Positions 35,001-41,053 of a stretch of DNA of 41,053 bases are shown here, one piece after another (position 1 is the stretch's first letter; each line of letters starts with the position of its first letter). The stretch lies in contig LPNZ01006744.1 in the NCBI GenBank assembly GCA_001655205.1, forward strand, positions 1-41,053. The letters run 5' to 3'. The position numbers and the translations under genes are program-made. This stretch comes from Lenisia limosa (lineage: Eukaryota > Protista > Breviatea). The notes under the pieces are model-generated. The model worked only from the letters and a program-made list of their open reading frames with translations. It searched no databases and was not told where the DNA came from.

Positions 35001-37787
35001 GCAACACTGAAAGGTAAAAAACATCTTTGGTGACAGTAATACAATTACGATACCAGGCTTTTTCAGAATAAAGTTGTAATATTAAAAGATGCCAAAAAAT
35101 ATCACAATATTGATTTTATTGAACCAACCTTTTATCGAGGAAGTCAACCTTATCAGAAAGAGCTTCACAGCGAACGGTGCTTGCTTTCAATTTCTCTTCA
35201 GCATCTACGACATTTTTCTCTTCATCTTGCAATAACTTCTTCAATTCTTCAATCTTTGTGGTCTTCTCACCGATTTCCTTTTCTTGTTCCCGAATTACTT
35301 CTTGTTTTGCTTCGAAGTCCTTTTGAACAGAGATAGTAGTCGACTTTTCTTCTTCAATCATTTCTTCAAATTCAACACGAGCCTGTGGAAAGGGATTATG
35401 AACATAGGTCTTAGATATTATCCAAACGTATCATATTACTCTTTCTGAATTAAGTACCCTCAAATATTATGATAATTCGACATCCACCAACTTGGTCAAA
35501 TCTTGAGTTAATGCGCTCATAATCATCCCTTAGCGAAACATTGACTTCTTCCTTCTCCAAAATAACCGCTTCCAATCGATCGATCGCGACATGTGCACTA
35601 CAAAGTTTCTCATCTGCCTCTTTTTGATGCAGTAAAGCGTCCTGATAGTTCTTATTCAGTTCTGAGATGCGAAGAGACCCTTCATCAACCTCAAAGGTGG
35701 CTGCCTCCAATTTAGACTCGAAAACAAACTTCTCCGCTTGCCATTCTTTTTCTCTGTCATTTTGGGCGTTTTCAAGACATTTCAAGGCTTGCTCAGCTTG
35801 CTGTGCAGCTTTATCCGTTAGCTTCACATGTTCCAATGCGTTATCTCGAGCAAGAACTGCTTCTAAACGGTATTAGGAAACGGATCTATCCCTGCAAGTC
35901 TACCCACCAGCTCTATTACGGTTAGCTTCATTGGCATCAGCGGCGGATTTGGCTGCAGCAGATTCAGCAACAACCGCACGGTAGTCTGACGCAGCTCGCA
36001 TGGAGTCAATTCGGACCATTTCCTAAAATGGCAAGTCAGTTGTTTCCTGATGTAGCTTGGGGGGCGATTATTATTCCCCAAATACCCCACCTTATTTCTT
36101 GCCTCCGTGGCCTCAACCTGAGACTCGGCCATTTGGACAACCGCGGCAACAGCGGCTGCCCTTTTCTGTGCTGAAGGCGACGACAAAGCAATGAGTGCCT
36201 GTTTACGTAGGTTGGTGATGGCGGGCGTCGCTGGCTCCCGCGATGCTGTTACTGGCGATATGTCGATCTGGGGGGGGGGTTACATTCTTTCTGGAGATGT
36301 TAGGAGTCCAAGACAATATAACATTGTTTAGAATATGACTAGTTGCAAGAACACAACATACCTGAATTGATGGTGGTGCGTTACGAGGTTCATTTGTATC
36401 CTCAAAGGTACTTGTAACATTAGTTCGGAGAGGGCTGGCAGGCTGGGACGATTATGATTGGAATTCAGGCATACCTGGGTTTGGGGGGAAGAAGGGGGCT
36501 GAGGAGTGAGTTTTTCAGGGGAAACACTTTGAGCAGTGCGCTTGGGCCTTCTTGTGGCAGGACGGGCTAAAAATGGGGTAAGTGATGTTGGGAGGAGAAA
36601 GTGCGTACCGGATTGAGGGGGTGAAGCTACGGCTGTTGATGATGCCTAATTGGTTAGTAACCTTTCTCTGTTAAAGAAGAGCCCGAAACGTCTCTATATG
36701 AGCAGAAATGAGCTCAAAGAGGAATTCTCTAGTTAAGCTAGTTACAATGTCTCCTTCTCATTCAATGCTTCTTCCCTCTTGCCTATCAGCAAAAACTCAA
36801 ATACAAAATGATCGTTTTGTTCGTAGATATAGAATCAAAACTCAAAAAACAACTTGTCTTAATATCAGGACTCCACACGATTAATTGAGGAAATTCATTT
36901 TTAAATTTGAAGTGATACATATCATACTGTAACCAAGACTCCATATTAGACACTTTCATTTCACATTTTCAAATTAAAGAGACGAACCAAATATGGAAAT
37001 GTTACGACTTGTCCAAAATGGAGGTTCTTTTAAAAAACATCTGAGGTTGCAAAAATTAACCTTTTTAAAAATGTTGTTCATAAAAATACCATTTTTTACC
37101 ACTTTTTCTTTTTTTAACTACAGACGCTGCCAATGTTACATGCCCCCCCCAAGAATTCCAAAAGCCCAACCCAACTTTCTTAGTTGGAGACACCGATGCT
37201 CGCTTAGTCAGGACTCGGGCACCCTTTGCTGGGGGTGGTGGTGCTGGCTTAGACTGCATGCCATTTTTGAGGGCCTGGGGGGGGGGGGNNNNNNNNNNNN
37301 NNNNNNNNNNNNNNNNNNNNNNNNNNNNNNNNNNNNGAAGGAAATTTCCTGGGGGGGTCATGAACACATTGCTAAATGTTTGGGAAAATGGGTAGCACAC
37401 TGACAGAAAAGGGATGAAAAACAATGAAAAAGGAAGCGGATTGCCTCGCGTTTCTTCAATTACCTTTATATCCCAAATCCCAATCCAAATGATTGTGAGC
37501 GAAACTGTCTGGCATTTAGAACAAGTCAATTTGAGGGAAGAAACATTTCAAAATAGCTCGAGTTTTTGCGACCATCAGACCTGTAGTCTTGCAACAGGAG
37601 GGTAAACAACAGTCCCATCCCCATTCGGCGACTTTGTTGATCGTGCTGTTGAGGTCGCGGAGATTGTCTTAGAAGGGGACCTTGTTGTCGTTGAGGAAAT
37701 AAGACACGCAGACGCAGCTGCTCTCCTTGATTGCTGTAATGAGTGTGATGGAGGGGGTGGCGCTGGTTTGGCCCGATGAAACGACAT
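32031..37787 (-). CDS. Large coiled-coil protein with P/S/T-rich N-terminus (cytoskeletal/centrosomal-like); exon linkage partly uncertain
   Basis: ATG at 37787 (MSFHRAKPAPPPPS...), a second KPAPPPP exon, then long E/K/Q/L heptad-rich exons (35450-35836, 35116-35361, 34289-35044, 33534-33764, 33214-33426). Ends TEEGKRRAQNVLSLLQNDPQ* (TAA 32031-32033). No globular domain recognised. Confidence 0.65.
32635..32712. mobile_element. MITE family A (78 bp, Tc1/mariner-type), copy 1, intronic
   Basis: TA|CAGTGACCGGGACAAGTCTTGACCGATTT...AAATCGGTCAGGTCTTAACCCGGTCCCTG|TA. It has 29-bp TIRs (24/29 match), TA on both flanks and a CAGT terminus; 63/78 identical, ungapped, to the copy at 39501-39578. Confidence 0.85.
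36868..36978. mobile_element. MITE family B, copy 2 (right end truncated or decayed), probably intronic
   Basis: GGACTCCACACGATTAATTGAGGAAATTCATTTTTAAATTTGAAGTGATACATAT...AGACACTTTCATTTCACATTTTCAAAT aligns colinearly with 10816-10952; the right TIR is not found. Confidence 0.65.
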
Positions 37788-38279
37788 GATCGTCCTTTGT
37801 GATTTGTGGTGACACGATTGGGGAAACCCACAGGAATGAGTAATTCACGTTATATTATTTATTTATTTTGTTATAATGAGTTATATCTGTGTGTAAATTG
37901 ATGAAAATTCACACCCAAAGGGAAGATCTGCTAGATCGATAATCGAAGGGGTCCACTGAGTTCTCCATTTGCATTGTGTTTATTTCAGGATTTCAGGTTG
38001 ATTTGTTGATTTGTGTGCGTGGGGGCGTGGGTGTATGTGTCCAGTGTTAAGAACAAGTGTCAAGTATGCTACAGCTGCGGAGTAGCGGATGTGGCAAAAG
38101 GGGGGTGCCAAGTTGGTGATGATAAGATATATGTATATGCCTCTTTGGTTGGTGTAAAGACAATCATAAACCTTAAATAATCAAATAATAGGAAAAATCT
38201 TTTGTGAAATGGGATTGCGAGATAAATAATAAACCTCGAACTAGTACGGGGTCCTGCGACCCTGGCAGAGCATGTAACC

Positions 38280-39971
38280 TCATCGCGCGATACCTTCGAT
38301 TTTGCTAATCTGAACACGACACAACGGACAGTCCGTGGCTTTGCTTTTTCGCACGCCTTGTCCACGCCACTCCTCCACGCACACCGCGCAAAACTCGTGC
38401 TGACATGGTAGCAGTCTTCGATTCGTCTGAAGGGTCATGGGGGGGGGGGGGGCNNNNNNNNNNNNNNNNNNNNNNNNNNNNNNNNNNNNNNNNNNNNNNN
38501 NNNNNNNNNNNNNNNNNNNNNNNNNNNNNNNNNNNNNNNNACAGTCAATGTGGTATGTACAAGTGTACACTTCTTCATTCAGCTGTAACCAAAGATTACT
38601 AATGAAGCAGCAATACTAATAGCACAGATATCATTCATGCCACACATTATGATTCTTGGTAAATAAGTCTAAAATTGGAAACCCACATATCCAAGTATTA
38701 TTTTCCTTTCATGACTGGAAAATGGTAAAGACATCAAGGTTACATTTCAATATGACTATTGGAGTTGTGTTCGTGAATGCAGTGCTAGAATGAAGCGTGC
38801 TTCCGCAGTACATTTAGCAAAACAAAGCAGGGCAACATACGGGCCTTAATCGCTCTTACATTACCTTTACCATGCTTACCATGTTAATATAACAAATTGA
38901 ACACAAATCTTCCTCATCCTCCGAATCCGCCTGGAAACAGTGACAACAATATTACAATTATGATAAAATATGAGCAAANNNNNNNNNNNNNNNNNNNNNN
39001 NNNNNNNNNNNNNNNNNNNNNNNNNNNNNNNNNNNNNNNNNNNNNNNNNNNNNNNNNNNNNNNNNNNNNNNNNNNNNNNNNNNNNNNNNNNNNNNNNNNN
39101 NNNNNNNNNNNNNNNNNNNNNNNNNNNNNNNTTATTTGCAAAGAAATATTCAGAGATTTCTCTATTATTTGGCCATTATTTTGTTAAACCCAGCATACAT
39201 CAGCCTCATTCTCCTTCTTTTCGTGTATAGCGGAGTAAAATGCACGCCCCAGCGCAATTATTGACACACTCTCTTCAAACGACTAAAGGAGTTTCAAAAA
39301 AGATACAATGAAATCCAAAAATTTCAGAAAAAGAGCTTTCTCCCTGTTTAATCGAAATGAAGATTAGAAGTAAAGTAATCTCAAATGGTAATAAACATAT
39401 ACCATAAGAGGCACAGGACTAAATATATACTGAATCCCAGGCATATCTTTCGAGATATTGAAACCCATTTCTGCGTTTCAAGAACTTCGTTTTCGATACA
39501 CAGTGAACGGGATAAGTCTTGACCGATTTGCTACATGATTTCCCAAGGAAAATTGATCAAGACTTATCCCGGTCACAGTACATACATGGAACAATAATGT
39601 ACACACAGAGGATGAATTCCCTTCGCAAATGAACGGAAATATTAGGCAAGACAACTATCGTGGAACCCAGTAAATAAAAAAAGGCTTGAATAGAAGTAAT
39701 ATAGCTGCGGTACTAAAATAAAATCTACCCCTGAAACAAGATAGTAATAAAAGTCCTGAGAAGATTCCACAAATCAACAGCCAAAGCTTGTGCGAACCTG
39801 TCCTCTCATCTGTTGCAAGGCATTTCGCAATCCTGAAGGCCCCAATTGCTAAATAAGTAAATACAGGCTGAAAGATATCCGAGAAGAGCGATGTGTATCT
39901 CTCCAAACCTTCGTCAAGAATCGTCGCACTTCCTCGACTTCTTTTGGTGTTGGTGTCCCTTTATTCGACAT
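38280..39971 (-). CDS. Putative RING-HC (C3HC4) zinc-finger E3 ligase; interrupted by two N-gaps, linkage of 5' exons to the RING exon inferred
   Basis: The last exon reads TNRRLLPCQHEFCAVCVEEWRGQGVRKSKATDCPLCRVQISKIEGIAR* (C-x-H-x2-C-x2-C...C-x2-C). The first Cys pair was not located and probably lies in or before the gap. Candidate first exons: MSNKGTPTPKEVEEVRRFLTK|QLGPSGLRNALQQMRGQ (ATG 39971). Confidence 0.55.
39501..39578. mobile_element. MITE family A (78 bp), copy 2, inverted relative to copy 1
   Basis: CAGTGAACGGGATAAGTCTTGACCGATTT...AAATTGATCAAGACTTATCCCGGTCACAG|TA; TIRs match 25/29. The left flank is CA (probably decayed TA) and the right flank is TA. Confidence 0.85.
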
Positions 39972-40390
39972 TTTTAAATGCTATTAAGAGCCGTAGTTGG
40001 ATAAGTCCTCTTCAGCGACAACTCAGTAACTCTTCTTCGGTACTTCACTCTCTCTTTCTCTTCTTATTAGCTTCGTCTCAGTTATTATTCTGTAATAAAG
40101 TATAGAAAGGTGCAATTTTTGTTTTCTGTTCATTTTTGGATTTCTGATCGATGATCACCTCCGATTATAGGGCTTGAAAGAATATCTATCTCCTGTCAAC
40201 CTATGAACTTCGAATGGCGAACACGAGAAATCAAACTGGCAAATTGCAATTAAATAGCCAAAACGCAAACGCAAATTAAACACACGAATCTCAAACAAAT
40301 AACCAAATAACTTGCAAATAACACATCATTGGTGGTGTGGTGACCTGCACCAATGTGAAAGAAGAAAATGGTTTACATTTCAAAACAGAA

Positions 40391-40960
40391 TCATTTGGCG
40401 AACTTAGAGATAGCCTTGACAGCTCGTGAGGCAGTCATCACCAACTACACGGTAAGCAATTGTCAAAGAGTATCGACTATGCTCTCCATCCAGTTAAAGA
40501 CATGTAGCACAACCCAGTAGTACAGGAGACCCCCAACCTGAGCAGTAGTACCCTGCATGACAGGCATGAAGTCAATGGCCTCGGAGATAAGCTTGAACAT
40601 GTTAGCTGCATGTTGGCATTTGGCTCGTCTGAAGCAAATAAGGGGGTATTTGGGAGCAAACGGAGAGAAAAAAGGGTGTAAATGGATCCGTGTAATTAAT
40701 TAAAAAATGATTTTCAAATTTGACCCTATTCCAGACACATTAATTTCTAATTTTGTCAATTGATTCCCTCAAAATATTAATTGCACGGAGCCCTAGAGTA
40801 AGGGAACATGTATCTCAGCCTGGCAACAGCGAACCTTTCCTCCATGGACAAGTCCACCCCAGCCCGCGACTCCGGAGCATCCAAACTTGACGTGATGAGA
40901 GGCGCAAACGACGTGGCCAACTCCTCGGCACATCGCAGCCCGGCAGCGTGGTGCCTGAAC
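40391..40960 (-). CDS. 3' end of an unidentified gene continuing beyond the window
   Basis: Phase-consistent splicing gives ...HHAAGLRCAEELATSFAPLITSSLDAPESRAGVDLSMEERFAVARLRY|IRAKCQHAANMFKLISEAIDFMPVMQGTTAQ|LVMTASRAVKAISKFAK* (TGA 40391-40393). Family not recognised. Confidence 0.5.
40684..40793. mobile_element. MITE family B, copy 3 (110 bp, internally shorter), intronic
   Basis: TIRs GGATCCGTGTAATTAAT ... ATTAATTGCACGGAGCC(C)|TA (15/17 match). The reverse complement aligns with that of 10816-10952, apart from a ~25-bp internal deletion. Confidence 0.8.
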
Positions 40961-40969
40961 GTCATTTCA

Positions 40970-41053
40970 CATCAATAGCAAGGTATATCTGAGGCCCATA
41001 ACACCATCAATAGCAAGGTAGATCAGAAGCCCATAACACCATCAATAGCAAGG
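40970..41053. repeat. 35-bp minisatellite, at least 2.4 copies, cut by the window end
   Basis: CATCAATAGCAAGGTATATCTGAGGCCCATAACAC / CATCAATAGCAAGGTAGATCAGAAGCCCATAACAC / CATCAATAGCAAGG... Confidence 0.85.

Noticed and set aside
39240-39270. GCGCAATTATTGAC resembling the family B TIR
   Set aside because: Only about 12 bp of similarity, with no internal sequence match or second TIR.
39655-39906. 83-aa hydrophobic ORF (MERYTSLF...) resembling a small membrane protein
   Set aside because: It overlaps, in another frame, exons and T-rich introns of the gene starting at 39971; the hydrophobicity comes from intronic pyrimidine tracts.
313-40965. Most ORF-track entries taken as standalone genes
   Set aside because: They are exon-plus-intron read-throughs or antisense shadows of spliced genes; real products emerge only after GT-AG splicing.
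1-41053. Alternative genetic code, tRNA/rRNA/snRNA genes, CRISPR arrays
   Set aside because: TAA, TAG and TGA all terminate genes and are absent from the conserved exons I read; no tRNA, rRNA, U-snRNA or repeat-spacer pattern was recognised.

Overview
Eukaryotic, intron-rich, gene-dense genomic DNA. It uses the standard genetic code, with GT-AG introns of about 23-400 nt, and has six assembly N-gaps. I can reconstruct about 12 genes by manual splicing, in this order: ALG6 (+); METTL16 (-) head-to-head with RBM22 (+); Rab escort protein (-); an orphan ending in DDFFDDFFDNLDDLK (-); a bubblegum-type acyl-CoA synthetase (+); a T/K/L-type cyclin (-); a prokaryote-type flavo-iron-sulfur oxidoreductase (-); Exo70 (-); a large coiled-coil protein (-); a RING-HC protein (-); and a partial gene at the right edge (-). 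The standout is the gene at 22930-26529. It is one ~725-aa, 15-intron ORF fusing homologues of the alpha ([2Fe-2S]+FAD/NAD), gamma (2x[4Fe-4S]) and delta (BFD-like [2Fe-2S]) subunits of the prokaryotic heterotetrameric dye-linked L-proline dehydrogenase (PDH2-type; HcnABC/sarcosine-oxidase-alpha superfamily). A small upstream exon that the ORF track misses encodes what looks like a mitochondrial/hydrogenosomal targeting peptide. By inference this is an anaerobic protist with a laterally acquired, organelle-targeted redox module; the catalytic beta subunit is not in the window. Two small non-autonomous transposon (MITE) families are also visible (2 and 3 copies), located in demonstrated or probable introns. 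All exon structures come from reading the sequence by eye and need RNA-seq confirmation. No database searches were run, so family assignments rest on recognised motifs.
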